64,000 nucleotides of DNA, from assembly GCA_038087875.1 (NCBI GenBank), contig CM075989.1, positions 19,098,001 to 19,162,000 on the forward strand, in the 5' to 3' direction. The translations under genes and the position numbers were made by a program. Shown piece after piece: positions 12,988 through 24,988 of this stretch (positions are counted from its first letter, which is position 1; every line of letters starts with the position of its first letter). The notes under the pieces were generated by a model. That model was not told the origin of the DNA and did not search any database. It saw nothing but the letters and a program-made list of their open reading frames with translations. This DNA comes from Malacoraja senta. Its lineage: Eukaryota.

Positions 12988-13280
12988 GTAGACAAAAATG
13001 CTGAAGAAACTCAGCGGGTGCAGCAGCATCTATGGAGCGAAGGAAATAGGCAACGTTTCGGGCCGAAACCCTTCTTCAGACTGATAGGGGGTGGGGAGAA
13101 GAAAGGAAAAAAGGAAAAAGACGGAGGAGGAGCCCGAGGGCTGGGGGAGGGGAGGAGACAACCAGAGGGCCGATGAAGGGGAGGGGACAGCAAGGGCTAG
13201 CAGAATTGGGAGAATTCAATGTTCAAGCCCCCAGGATGTAGACTGCCCAAGCGGAATATGAGGTGCATTTCCTCCAATCT
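12988..13280 (-). mobile_element. Penelope-like 3' fragment inserted into a CR1 LINE
   Basis: 14-bp TSD gggtaaacatacag at 12974-12987 and 13281-13294. GIY-YIG tail LEEMHLIFRLGSLHPGGLNIEF and a hammerhead core at 13052-13079. Confidence 0.85.
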
Positions 13281-13878
13281 GGGTAAACATACAGAGTCTA
13301 TTGCCCAGAGCAGGGGAATCGAGAACCAGATGGCTTAGGTTTCAGGTGAGGGGAGAAAGATTTAATAGAAGCCTGAGGGGTAAAGTTTTTACTCAAAGGT
13401 GGGTGGGTGTTTGGAACGAACGAGCTGCCGGAGGAGGTGGTTGAGGCAGGCACTATTGCAACTTTTAAGAAACATTTAGACAGAAACTTGGTTGGGGAAG
13501 TTTAGAGGGATATGGGCCAAAAGCAGGCAGTGGTCTCGACCCGAAACGTCACCCATTCCTTCTCTCCATAGATGCTGCCTCACCCGCTGAGTTACTCCAG
13601 CATTTTGTGTCCACCTTTGGGCTTATTTCCTGCGCTGTACTGTTCTATGGTCAAGGGCTAGATGTAATTTTGGGGTACACAGTATTTGCCCCTCTTCTGT
13701 GAATGAGTCAAATCCAGTGCATCAAAGGGGCGGGGGAATGGTGGGGTGAAGAACATGTCCCTTGCACGTGATAAGCCATAGCTTCTTCTCCTCTGTATCA
13801 GGCTTATCGGGTTATCAGGCAAGACAAAAAGCTTTTCACTGCAACCAGGTCCATGTGACACTAAACTAAACTAAACTC

Positions 13879-14550
13879 GTCAAGTCAAGTTTATTCGTCA
13901 CATACACATACGAGACGTGCAGTGAAATGAAAAGTGGCGATGCTCGCGAATTGTGCAAAAAAAACTACAAGACAGAATGGAACAGAATCACATATTCACA
14001 TATTACATATTTGTGGGAGGGAAAAAAAGAAAAAACAGCAATTTTAAAAAGACACCACACAGTAGATTGGTACAGTAACGTTAGTCCCTGGTGAGATAGA
14101 GTTTAATGGCCTGTGGGAAGAAACTCCTTCTCATCCTCTCCGTTTTCACACCATGGCAACGGAGGCGTTTGCCTGACCGTAGCAGCTGGAACAGTCTGTT
14201 ACTGGGGTGGAAGGGGTCTCCCCATGATATTGTTGGCCCTGTTACTGGGGTGGAAGGGGTCTCCCCATGATATTGTTGGCCCTGTTACTGGGGTGGAAGG
14301 GGTCCCCCATGATATTGTTGGCCCTGTTACTGGGGTGGAAGGGGTCCCCCATGATATTGTTCGCCCTGTTACTGGGGTGGAAGGGGTCCCCCATGATATT
14401 GTTCGCCCTGTTACTGGGGTGGAAGGGGTCCCCCATGATATTGTTAGCCCTGGAGCTGCACCTTCTGATGTATAGTTCCTGCAGGGGGGCAAGTGTAGTT
14501 CCCATAGTGCGTTCGGTCGAACGCACTAATCTCTGCAGAGCCTTCTTGGG
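13879..14550 (-). mobile_element. Rex1/Babar-type LINE 3' fragment with an internal tandem amplification
   Basis: KKALQRLVRSTERTMGTTLAPLQELYIRRC..RANNIMGDPFHPSN, with an aataaa(cttga)n tail. Confidence 0.75.
14196..14449. repeat. Six-copy 42-43-bp minisatellite
   Basis: Units start at 14196, 14239, 14282, 14324, 14366 and 14408, with no spacers between them. Confidence 0.95.
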
Positions 14551-15744
14551 GCTCATGTTGTCGACCTCCCCGTGGGTGAGCCCTGTCAACTGACCTCAGT
14601 CAGGCGAACGACAACAACCAGAGACAGCAGCAGCGTCGCAGCTTGGCGCCAACCCGGAGCATGCGCCCGTTTTAGGGCCGGCACCTACGGATGTCGACCC
14701 GGATGGCATCACTCTGCTGCGGACTTCTGCTGCCTCAAACGCAAGAAGAACAACTAAATAAACATTTTTTTTGCATAAGCTAGGATACTGTTCGATTCAC
14801 CTCTGCCCCATGCTGCCTGGCGAAGCAGCTGACAAAATCAAAGACTTGTCCTACCTCAGTCATCCATTCTTCTCCCTGCTCCTGTCTGGCAGAAGATACA
14901 TAAGCTCAAAAGCGTGCACCACCAGACTCAGGAACAGCTTCTTCCGCTCCATTATCAGGCTTCTCTGAATAGTCCTTCCCCCAGCTGCTTCATGGTACTG
15001 TCTGCTTCACCCTCTACCCCCATTAGGGACATTGTCCTTTGTCTCTGGATCTGATGCGCTACAATGCTGAGAACTATATTCTGCACTCTGTATATAATCC
15101 TTATTCTCTATCTCGTAGAATCATAGTCACACAGCGTGCAAACAGGCCCTTGGGCTCAACTTGGCCACACCGACCAACATGTCCCATCCACACTAGTCCC
15201 ACCTGCCGACATTTGGTCCATATCCGTATTAGCCTGTCTTATCCTTGCACTTGTCTAAATGTTTCTTAAACGTTGCGATCGGACCTGCACGTTGTGCTAG
15301 CACCTGCTATTTTACTTGTTTGAATTGATTGTATCTATGTATGGCATATCTGATCTACTTGGATAGCATGTAAAACAAAGTCCTCCCGGTACAATTGACA
15401 ATAATAAACCTGAACCTGCAGAGTTAGGACACTCAGTGTGAACGTTGGAACACAGAGACCTCCATACACAGTACCATGCATGTCAGCAACTCTGGCAAAT
15501 GAACACCAGTCAATTTGCATGTCATCTGCTCCAGTCTCACATGATCGAGCTACAAATGACATGACTCAGTAAGGGTAGGAAAATTCTGCTGCGACGCGGT
15601 GACATAATGGGCCAAAGGGGACCAGTGACGTTATCTCCACCACAGATCAGGAGGTCAAAGGGCACGAGGGGCTTGTTGGAACCGATATCTTCCCAGCTCT
15701 TTGAGAAGGGGAAGGAGTATTGTTCGTACTGAACTGGCTTTGCC

Positions 15745-15965
15745 GAGCGCTGCTGCAAGGTCATCAACTCGGTGAAAGACGATCTTTGGTCAGCCCGAAC
15801 CTTGTTGACCTCCCAGCGGAGTGAGATGTCCGTTGGGGAAAGTTGCCGACTGGCCCGCTCCAGACTGCAGGAGTACGTGCTGAGGGGCGCACTGAAGCTT
15901 GGTGGAGCCAACGCCAAGGCTCTGTGGGGGAGGACCACAGGCTGGGGTCCTTCCTCTGCTGGACA
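15745..15965 (+). mobile_element. Tx1/L1-type LINE ORF2 extreme C-terminal fragment
   Basis: CCKVINSVKDDLWSARTLL..QRSEMSVGE.CRLARSRLQEYVLR.ALKLG.ANAKALWGRTT resembles fish and shark Tx1 ORF2 ends as recalled. Confidence 0.55.
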
Positions 15966-17299
15966 TGGGGGGGGGGGGGGGGGGGGTTGTTGGGCAACCC
16001 ATTTGGCCCATATCCCTCTAAACCATTTCTATCCATATCTCTGTCCAAATATCTTTTAATGTCATAATTGTATCCACTTAGATGACTTCCTCTGCCAGCT
16101 CATTCTAGATATGAACTACCCTCCGAGTGAAAAAGTTGCCCCTGAGGTCCCTCTTAAATCTCTCCCATCTCACCTTAAGTCTATGCCCTCTAGTTTTAGA
16201 ATCAATGACCTTAGGGAAGAAGACTGTGAACAGTCACTTCATCCATGCCCCTCATGATGTTGTACTTGTCAGTAAGGTCACCCCTCAGCCTCCAAGGGAA
16301 AAATTCCCAGCCAAGGGTGGCACTGTGGCACAGTGGTAGAGTTGCTGCCTTACAGTGCCAGAGACCGGTCCGATCCTGACTACGGGTGCTATCTGTACGC
16401 CGTTCGTATGTTCTCTCCATGGCCAGCGTAGGTTTTCTCCGAAATCCTTGGTTTTATCCCACAAGCCAAAGACATACAATAGACAAAAGACAATAGGTGC
16501 AGGAGTAGGCCATTTGGCCCTTCGAGCCAGCACCGCCATTCAATGTGATCATGGCTGATCATCCCCAATCAGTACCCCGTTCCTGCCTTCTCCCCATATC
16601 CCCTGACTCCGCTATTTTTAAGAGCCCTATCTAGCTCTCTCTTGAAAGCATCCAGGTCTGTGGAATTCATGGCCACAGAAGGCTGTGAAGGCCAACTCAA
16701 TGGATAATTTGAAGGCAGAGATGGGTAGATTCTTGATTAGTACGTGTGTCAGTGTTCATGGGAAAAGGCAGGAGAATGGGGTTGAGAGGGAAAGATACAG
16801 TAGATCACCCATAATTGAATAGCAGAACAGACTTGAATGGCCTAATTCTGCTCCGATCATCTATGAACTTAGTGATGACTTTGGGAAAATTCTTCTCATT
16901 GTCGACACTGTCATTTACTGGTAGACATGCTCAGTGAGATGAACACTGACGAGGGATCTCACATGAGGTAAATTCTTCCCCTTTGATACCAGCACTATCA
17001 TTGCATGGTAACCACAAAGTAAGGAGATAGTTCCCTTTGAAGGAAAAGATATAATTTTATTTTAAAAAGGTAATAAAGTTATGGCCAGCAGTTGAAGATT
17101 AAACACATTTGGCAGTTCATCAATTTAACAATAAACTCTTTGAAGGTGAAAAAGACAGTTCATTCTTGCACTTGGAAAATGTCCAATTTAATCTATTTTT
17201 TTAATTTCCACTGTAATCGATCGCAATAGAAAGCCTTTCTAAATAGAAGGAAGGAAACCAATTCATTGCAAGGCAACGTTAATGCCCAGTAGTTCACTA

Positions 17300-17575
17300 T
17301 AGTTTAGTTTAGTTTAGAGATACAGTGCAGAAACAGGCCCTTCGGCCCACCGAGTCCGTGCCGACCAGTGATCCTACACACACTCGGGACAATTTATAAT
17401 TTTACCGAAGCCAATTCACCTACAAACCTGTACGTCTTTGGAGTGTGGTAGAACTCACGAGCCCTCGCAGGTCACGGGGAGAACGTACAAATTCCGTATG
17501 GACAGCAACCGTAGTCAGGATGGAACCCGGGTCTCTCGCGCTGTGAGGCAGCAACTCTACCGCGGCGCCACCGTG
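17300..17575 (-). mobile_element. HE1-like V-SINE
   Basis: (TTTAG)n tail, V-domain and tRNA-like head. Confidence 0.85.
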
Positions 17576-18115
17576 TTAGTTCTCTACCCCAGATGGGATG
17601 GAAGGCCAAATTAGATGGTTTAGGTTCAGGTTTAGGTTTATTATTGTCACAGAGACTGTTCCCAGAGGATTTGATAAATGGAACATGGTTGAAATCATGA
17701 ACAAAACACCAAGTGCTGAAGCAAAGTAAGAATTTCATTGTCCTATCAGGGACACATGACAATAAACTCACTTGAACTTGAAGTGTTGGAAGAACTCAAT
17801 GGGTCAGGCAGCATCTCCAGAGGGGTTATATTGATAATGATATGGATCGGAATGCTCTTCAGACTGATTGGAGAGAACTGGGAATCGCAGAGGGAGAGCA
17901 GTGAGAGATGGTCTCACAGAATTCTCGTTGTGGAGAGGAGGAGAAGTTCTTCAAAGTGGTGATACATTGAGGGAATTTTGCAGTGGAGCAGTAAAATGGA
18001 GACACAATAGACCGCAGATGCTGGAATCTTGAGAGAAACACAAAATACTGGAGGGACTCAACGGGTCAGGCAACATCTGTGGAGGGAATGGACAGACACC
18101 ATTTCTTCGGACTTG

Positions 18116-18325
18116 CGTAGGAAGGAACTGCAGGTGCTGGTTTAAACCGAAGATAGACACAAAAAGCTGGAGTTACTCAGCGGGACAGGCAGCATCTCCG
18201 GAGAGAAAGAATAGGTGACGTGTCGGGTCTGAAGAAGGGTCTCGACCCGAAACATCACCCATTCCTTCTCTCCAGAGATGCTGCCTGTCCCGCTGAGTTA
18301 CTCCAGCTTTTTTGTGTATTTCTTC
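18116..18325. mobile_element. Fold-back Penelope-derived element with a hammerhead-like core (18225-18260)
   Basis: Inverted arms flank gggt-CTGAAGAAGGGTCTCGACCCGAAACATC-accc, where gggt/accc can form stem I. Confidence 0.75.
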
Positions 18326-18754
18326 ACTTATTTTTTTCGCTCAGACTTGGATAGCTTTGTCTGGAACACCGACGTTCAGGGGAGATGATATATGTGTAAT
18401 TATGAGAGGCGTAGACAGACAGAACATATTTTTCAGGTTGGAAATATCAAGTACGAGGGCACAGCTTTAAGGTGAGAAGGACAAAGTTTAAAGGAGATGT
18501 GCAGGGCATGTTTTTTTACACAGAGTGTGGTGGGTGCCTGGAACGCGCTGCCTGAGGTGGTGGTGGAGGTCGTGATGATAGTGGCATTTAATAGACCTTT
18601 GGATAGGCATATTCTGCATGGGATGGAGAGATGGATTATGTGCAGCAGATGAGAGTTGATCTTGGCATCCATCATGTTTGCCACAGTCATTGTGGGCCGA
18701 AGGATCGGTTAACTGTGCCACAGTAAGTCCTATCCTTTATTCCAGCTTCTGCAG

Positions 18755-19092
18755 TTTACAGATACAGCATGGAAGCAGGCCCTTCGGCCCACTAAGTCCA
18801 CGCCGACGTGTGATAGCCTGTACGCTAGTTCTCTCTGACACACTGGGGGCAATTTACAGAAGCCATTTAACCTACAAACCTGCAAGTCTTTGGAATGTGA
18901 GTGGAATAATTATATCCACTTATATGACTTCCTCTGCCAGCTCATTCGAGATATGAACTGAGCACCCGGAGAAAACCCACGCAGTCACGGGGAGAACGTA
19001 CAAACTCTGTACAGACAGCGCCCGAGGTCAGGGTCAGGCCCTGGTTTCTGGCGCGGTGAGGCAGCAACTCTACTGCTGCACCACCGTGCCGT
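18755..19092 (-). mobile_element. HE1-like V-SINE with a 54-bp foreign patch
   Basis: Family consensus is interrupted at 18906-18959. Confidence 0.8.
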
Positions 19093-19814
19093 CCGCCTCC
19101 TGGTGCCTCCACCGTTTACAGCCTGCTTGATGCCAGTTTACGGAGACACAGCGTTGGAAATGTAACTTTCACAACATTCAGGTTTTATGGAAAGTGTGGT
19201 GATACTGGAGGTCGTTCTGAAACTGAGAAGAGACAGGGACAAGAGCCGAGGCCCAGTAACGCTCATTGTTGGCAAGGACCTGCACGGTGACACAATGAAG
19301 CTTAAACAGATTAGCAAAGCAGCTGGGTGACTGGATCAGCAGAAATCCTCAACAATAGACATGGAACAGCAAAATAGATATTTAAACTTTCACATTATAT
19401 TATCTATTCAACACAGTAGGCCTGGAAATACACCGATAACTGTGACACAGGCGTGTTTGTTCTTGTTGTCTTCAAAGGCACCTTTGAATGTGTTATTATT
19501 TCTTGTACTGTGGTATGCAAAGATTTGTGGCTTAGTTACAAATGCGTGATATTCATGACTCCCATTATTTAGTTTAGCTCCGTTTAGTCCTTTGTCCTTT
19601 GTCCTTCTGTGATACAGCGTGGAAAACGGCTCTGTGCCCCACCGAGTCCAGGCCGACCATCGATCACCCGCACACTAGTTCTATGTTATCCCAATTCCGC
19701 ATCCTACACACTAGGGGTAATTTACAGACCAACGGTCATAAATCATATATCAATATGGACTAGATTTGAAGCTCTCTCAGAAATAGGAGTTTAAATCATT
19801 TTCTTATTAGATTA

Positions 19815-20200
19815 AACATAGAACATAGAAGAGTTCAGCACAGGGACAGGCCCTTTGCCCCACAATGTCTGTGCTGAACACGATGCCAAGCTAAACTAAT
19901 CTCATCAGCCTGCACATGATCCATATCCCTCCATTCCCTGCATATCCATGTGCCTATCTAAAAGCCTATTAAACGCCACTAGCGTTTCTGCCTCCAAACC
20001 TACCCCAGCAGCGCGTTCCAGGCACCCAACACCACTCTCTGTGTAGAAAAGGCTGCTCTGTCCATCTCCTTTCAACTTTGCCCCTCTCACCTTAAAGTAA
20101 TGCTCTCCCATCTTTGACATTTCCACCCTGGGGAAAAAGGTTCTGCCTGTCTATCCTAACTATGCCTCTCATAATTTTATAAACTTCTAACTGGCCTTCC
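19815..20200 (-). mobile_element. CR1 LINE 3' fragment
   Basis: CR1 ORF2 end and a (TTCTATG)-type tail. Confidence 0.75.
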
Positions 20201-20624
20201 CTCATCTCCCCACTACCTTCAGGTAGAAGGTACAGGAGCCTGAAGACTGCAACAACCAGGTTCAGTAATAGCTACTTCCCCACAGCCATCAGGCCATTAA
20301 ACTTGGCTCGGACAAAAGGCTGAACATTAATAGCCCATTATCTGATATTTGCACTTTATCAGTTTATTTATTCATGTGTGTATATATTTATATGATGATA
20401 TATGGACACATTGATCTGTTCTGTACTCAATGCCTACTATGTTCTGTTGTGCTGAAGCAAAGCAAGAATTTCATTGTCCTATCAGGGACACATGACAATA
20501 AACTCTCTTGAATCTTGAATCTCAGCATCCAACACAATAGAGAAAACAATCAAAGTTTGACCTCCTTGTAGCTAGTACCCTCTAATTCAGACAGTATCCT
20601 GGTAAATCTCTTTCGTTTAGCTAA

Positions 20625-20937
20625 GATTTAGTTTCGTTTCGATACACAGCGCGGGAACAGGCCCTTCGGCCCACCGAGTCCGCTTCCAACCAGCGATCCC
20701 CGCACACTGACACTTTCCCACACACACACGCGGGACAATTTACATTTATACCAAGGCAAATAAATAACCTGCAGATCCATACGTCTTTGGAGTGTGGGAG
20801 GAAACCGAAGATCACTGAGAAAACCCACGCAGGTCACGGGAGGAAAGTACAAACTCCGTACAGACAGCACCCATGGTCAGGATGGAACCTGGGTCTCTGG
20901 TGCTGTGAGGCAGCAACTCTACCGCTGCGCCACCGTC
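20625..20937 (-). mobile_element. HE1-like V-SINE, near full length
   Basis: Head, V-domain and tail are all present. Confidence 0.88.
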
Positions 20938-22171
20938 CCTCTCTTTTGCATCCCTTATGCCAACTCAGTCGAGGCATAATTTCCGGATCACTGAAGGCGT
21001 GAAGCATGTTGGTGTCCGATGCAAATATTTTTAATCAAAGGAACAGCCTGAGGTATTTTTTCTGTAATTAATGATCCAATGAGGGTGGTGTGGGAACATG
21101 CAGCACTGACACAGAGTTTCACAAGGAGCTATCAATTTACACTGTGATACTCTCCCACATTCTCTTCACAAGAGCCTGGAATTCTAGCCACTGAGTTTTA
21201 TTTTCCAGTCACAGTGGTGGGTGGTTTTGGTGTCATGTTGCCACGACTATATTTATCTCTTGGAAATTAAACTTGTGGAGACAGTGATACTGTTGTAGGC
21301 GCAATTAAAACTACTGCTAGAGTGTTAGATCTAAAGCAGGCCCAACCGGGAGGCTGCAGAGCCCAGGGTAATGAACAAAACCCGGAGCAGGGTAAGGACG
21401 TGGAGGAATGGGAGCAATGGTAGGGTTCATAATCTGAAGAAGGATTTCGACCAGAAACGTCACCCATTCCTTCGATCCAGAGACGCTGCCTGACCCCAGC
21501 ATCTTGTGTCTATGTTTGGTGTAAACCAGCATCTTCCTTCCTACACATGTGACTATCATGTTGATTTACTAGGAACAGAATTAGGCCATTCGGCCCATCA
21601 AGTCTACTCTGCCATTCAATCATGGCTGATCTATCTTTCGCTCTCAACCCCATTCTCCTGCCTTCTTCCCAGAATCCCTGACACCCGTTGTAATCAAGAA
21701 CCTTAAAAATATCCATTGACTTGGTCTCCACAGCTTTCTGTGGCAATGAATTCCACAGACTCACCACCCTCTGACTAAAGAAATTCCTCCTCATCTCCTT
21801 TCTAAAAATACTGTACATCCTTTTATTCTGAGGCTCTGGTCCTACTCTCCCAGTTCAGATGTATAAAATCACATTGGGGACATCGTCTGTTTAATGCTCA
21901 GAAATGATATGGAAAGTCATTGCAAGTTGGTTATGGTAGCAGAATATACTAAGCTGTGTGGAATTAACTCTCACAGACTCCAACAACTCTTATCAACTTC
22001 TGAAGATGCACTGTGTTGAATGGATAATGTACATCACAGCTTGGTTTGGGAACAGTTCATCATCCCTGTTCCTAATCCCTGACACCCTTACTAACCAGTA
22101 AAGATCCGCACAATGTTTTTTATCTCTCTACACATTGTCTACATCTCTCGTTTCCCTTATCCCTAACAAGT

Positions 22172-22199
22172 CTGAAGAAGGGTCTCGACCCGAAACGTC
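22172..22199 (+). ncRNA. Minimal type I hammerhead ribozyme core in a Penelope-like pseudo-LTR (about 22120-22303)
   Basis: CTGAAGA-A-GGGT(CTCG)ACCC-GAAA-CGTC: conserved CUGANGA and GAAA boxes, a stem II tetraloop, a palindromic ACGU stem III and a GUC cleavage triplet. Confidence 0.7.
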
Positions 22200-22559
22200 A
22201 CCCATTCCTTCTCTCCAGAGTTGCTGCCTGTCCCGCTGAGTTACTCCAGCTTTTTGTGTCTATCTTCGGTTTAAACCAGCATCTGCAGTTCCTTCCTGCA
22301 CATTCTTACTGCTGGAACCTGACATATATTGGTTGCCAGCCAAGCTCTGATGATCAGCAAAAAGTTGCGATGCCAAATAAACAATAGAATGAGCTATCAT
22401 TGTCCTATCGGTTACCTACTCAGGTGAGCACACCTTGAATACCGCATGACGTGATGGGCCCTGAAGCAAGTTGTGTGGCAAGGTTGTAAAGGATCTCACG
22501 CTAGGATCAGAGGACTGCTGTCAAAATAGAAAACGGGAAAACTCAGATTCATTTTCCTT

Positions 22560-23190
22560 GAAAGGGCAGGTGGTTAATCTGTGGAATTCATTGCCACAGA
22601 CGGCTGAGGAGGCCAAGTCATTGGGTATTTTTAAAGTGGAGTTTGACAGGTTCTTAATTAGTAAAAAAATAGTCGTTTCAAACTTATTGATTCACGGCAA
22701 CGTTTGTGCTGGCTGATAATTAGTGCTGCACGGTATGGAAAGAGGCCCTTCAGCCCACTTTGTCCATGCCAACCATTTGCCTGCATTTGGCCCATAGCCC
22801 CCTTATCCATGCTGTCCAAATGTCGTTTAAAATTGTATCTGCTTCTATAGCTTCCACTGGCAGCTCATTCCAGATACGGACTACTCCTGCACCTATTGTC
22901 TATCCTCTGAGTGAAAAAGTTGCCACTGAGGTCCCTCGTAAATCTCTTCCCCTCACCTCAAGTCTACGCCCCGTGGTTTTAGAATCCCCTGCCCAGGGAA
23001 AAAGACTGTGAGCTTTCACTGTATCCATGCCCATCATTGTCTTGTACACCTCAATAAGGTCACCTCTCTAACACCAACACGCCAAAGGAAAATGTCCCAG
23101 CCTAACCAACCTCTCCCGAAAACTCAAACCCGCAAGCCCAGGTAACACCCCAATGACTCTCTTCTGCACCCTTCCTAACCTTATGATAGT
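22560..23190. mobile_element. Two convergent CR1 fragments
   Basis: VVNLWNSLP on the plus strand at 22560-22665, and a minus-strand copy at 22730-23190. Confidence 0.7.
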
Positions 23191-23339
23191 CTTGATCTTG
23201 CGGAATGTCAGGTTTTTATTCTTCATCAGATGTGTATTGGTTGCAAGCTGTTTTCTCTGGTGTTTATGGATTCCAACAATGCATTTTTAAGTGTTGAAGT
23301 CCATACAAATCGTAGTCTCATAACACGCATATGATTAAG

Positions 23340-23640
23340 GGCGCAGCGGATAGAGCTACTGCCTGACAGCGCCAGTGACCCGGGTTCGATCCTGACTACG
23401 GGTGCTGTCTGCACGGAGTTTGCATGTTCTCCCCGTGACCTGCGTGGGTTTTCTCCGGGTGCTCCGGTTTCCTCCCACACTCCAAAGACGTACAGGTTTG
23501 TAGGTTAATTGGCTCGGTGTAAATGTAAATTGTCGCTAGTGTGTGCAGGATAGTGTTAGTGTGTGGGTATCGCTGGTCGGTGCCGACTTTGGTTCAGACC
23601 GAAGGGCCTGTCTCTACGCTCTGTCTCTAAACTAAATAAA
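23340..23640 (+). mobile_element. HE1-like V-SINE, near full length
   Basis: gcgcagcggatagag (A box), ggttcgatcc (B box), V-domain and tail. Confidence 0.88.
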
Positions 23641-24988
23641 CAACAATATAAATACAATGAGTTAAGGCTGAGAAACAAGATTGTGATGAACCAGGTTTAA
23701 TCATTGCAGTGTTGCAGGTATAACAAAAGTGTTTGTTCATTTTGTACTGCAATTTTAGAGTTAATAATAATGGGTTCTGAGCTATTGTGAGCCTGTATGT
23801 TTGATAACATTTCCACAACTGCACACAATGGGGTCTCTGTGCTTTGCTGACCAAACTCCATTTACCTTGTCTGAATCTGACATCAGAACTGCTTTGATTC
23901 AGTGAAACAAGAACACAAAGAAATATTATTCATGTTCCAAAGAGAAACCTTGATAAATTGTTGTTTCATCAGACTTCGGACCATGTTTGTGAAGTACGGG
24001 AGAGGTGAGCTTTTCATTTTAGAGAGAAGGCCATTGTGGATGACATAGGTGCGGGTTCTTTGAAGTCCAGTCAGCTGTTTTCAATAACATTGTGTTTGTT
24101 GAAAACGGAAAGATGCTATCTGGAAAAAAATACACTGGAAAGAACGAGTTCCTTAATTTTCAAACTAAGAGTGTATAGAGTCATACAGTGTGGAAACAGG
24201 CCATTGCCCCTGCTGACCACCTATACGAGTCTCACCTGTCTGTGTTTGGCCCATATCGCACTAAACCTATCCCTGTCTGGCAACTTATTCCATATAACTA
24301 CCACCCTTTGTGTAAAAAAAATGCCCCTCAGAACCCGATTAAATAATTCCCTCCTTATATGGCAACCAGAGACCTAAATCTTCTGGTTCTTGATTCCCTA
24401 TTCTGGGTAAAAGACTGTGCATTTACCTGAGTGAATTTCTTGATTAGTACAGGCGTCAGAAGTTATGGGGAGGAGGTAGGAGAATGGGGTTCGAAGGGAG
24501 AGATAGATCAGCCATGATTGAATGGCGGGGTAGACTAGATGGGCCGAATGGTCTAAATCTACTCCTCTCACTTATGAACATATGACCCTATATGAAAAAC
24601 TTAAATAAAGATCTTTATCATATCCTGTTGGTTAATTTTTTTTGATGGGGAACAAGTGTAAAAACAGTGTCTTAATGATTGGATTTTACAGTAATTTTAA
24701 TCAGCTGTGATTCACCTTGGCAAAACATTATAAACACATGTTAGAATGCTTTGAAGTTCTAATGGGAGCTAGTGCTGATACGTAAGATTGCCCAATTGAT
24801 TTTTGACCCTGAAATTCTTTTAAAAATCGCAGTAAATCATCCTTTGCTGTGAAGGTAATAATCATTGTGCAGAGAATGAAGCTTTGTTATTCCAGGAATC
24901 TAACTTCCCTGATCACTGGTGGGTGTTAGAGCTTGCACGTGCTATATTCAAACAACCTGGTACTGTGTTGAAGATTGGAGATGTGCAG

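Noticed and set aside
14196..14449. CRISPR-like appearance of regularly spaced repeats
   Set aside because: The units are contiguous with no unique spacers, derive from a LINE ORF, and the DNA is eukaryotic with no cas genes.
23340..23410. tRNA-like A/B boxes
   Set aside because: These are SINE heads continuing into the V-domain and LINE-derived tail, not tRNA genes.
23972..24004. Possible small plus-strand exon (ttgtttcatcAG...gagagGTGAGC) and other isolated donor-like sites (about 11483 and 22424)
   Set aside because: No recognisable peptide or linked exon chain. It cannot be separated from chance without RNA data.
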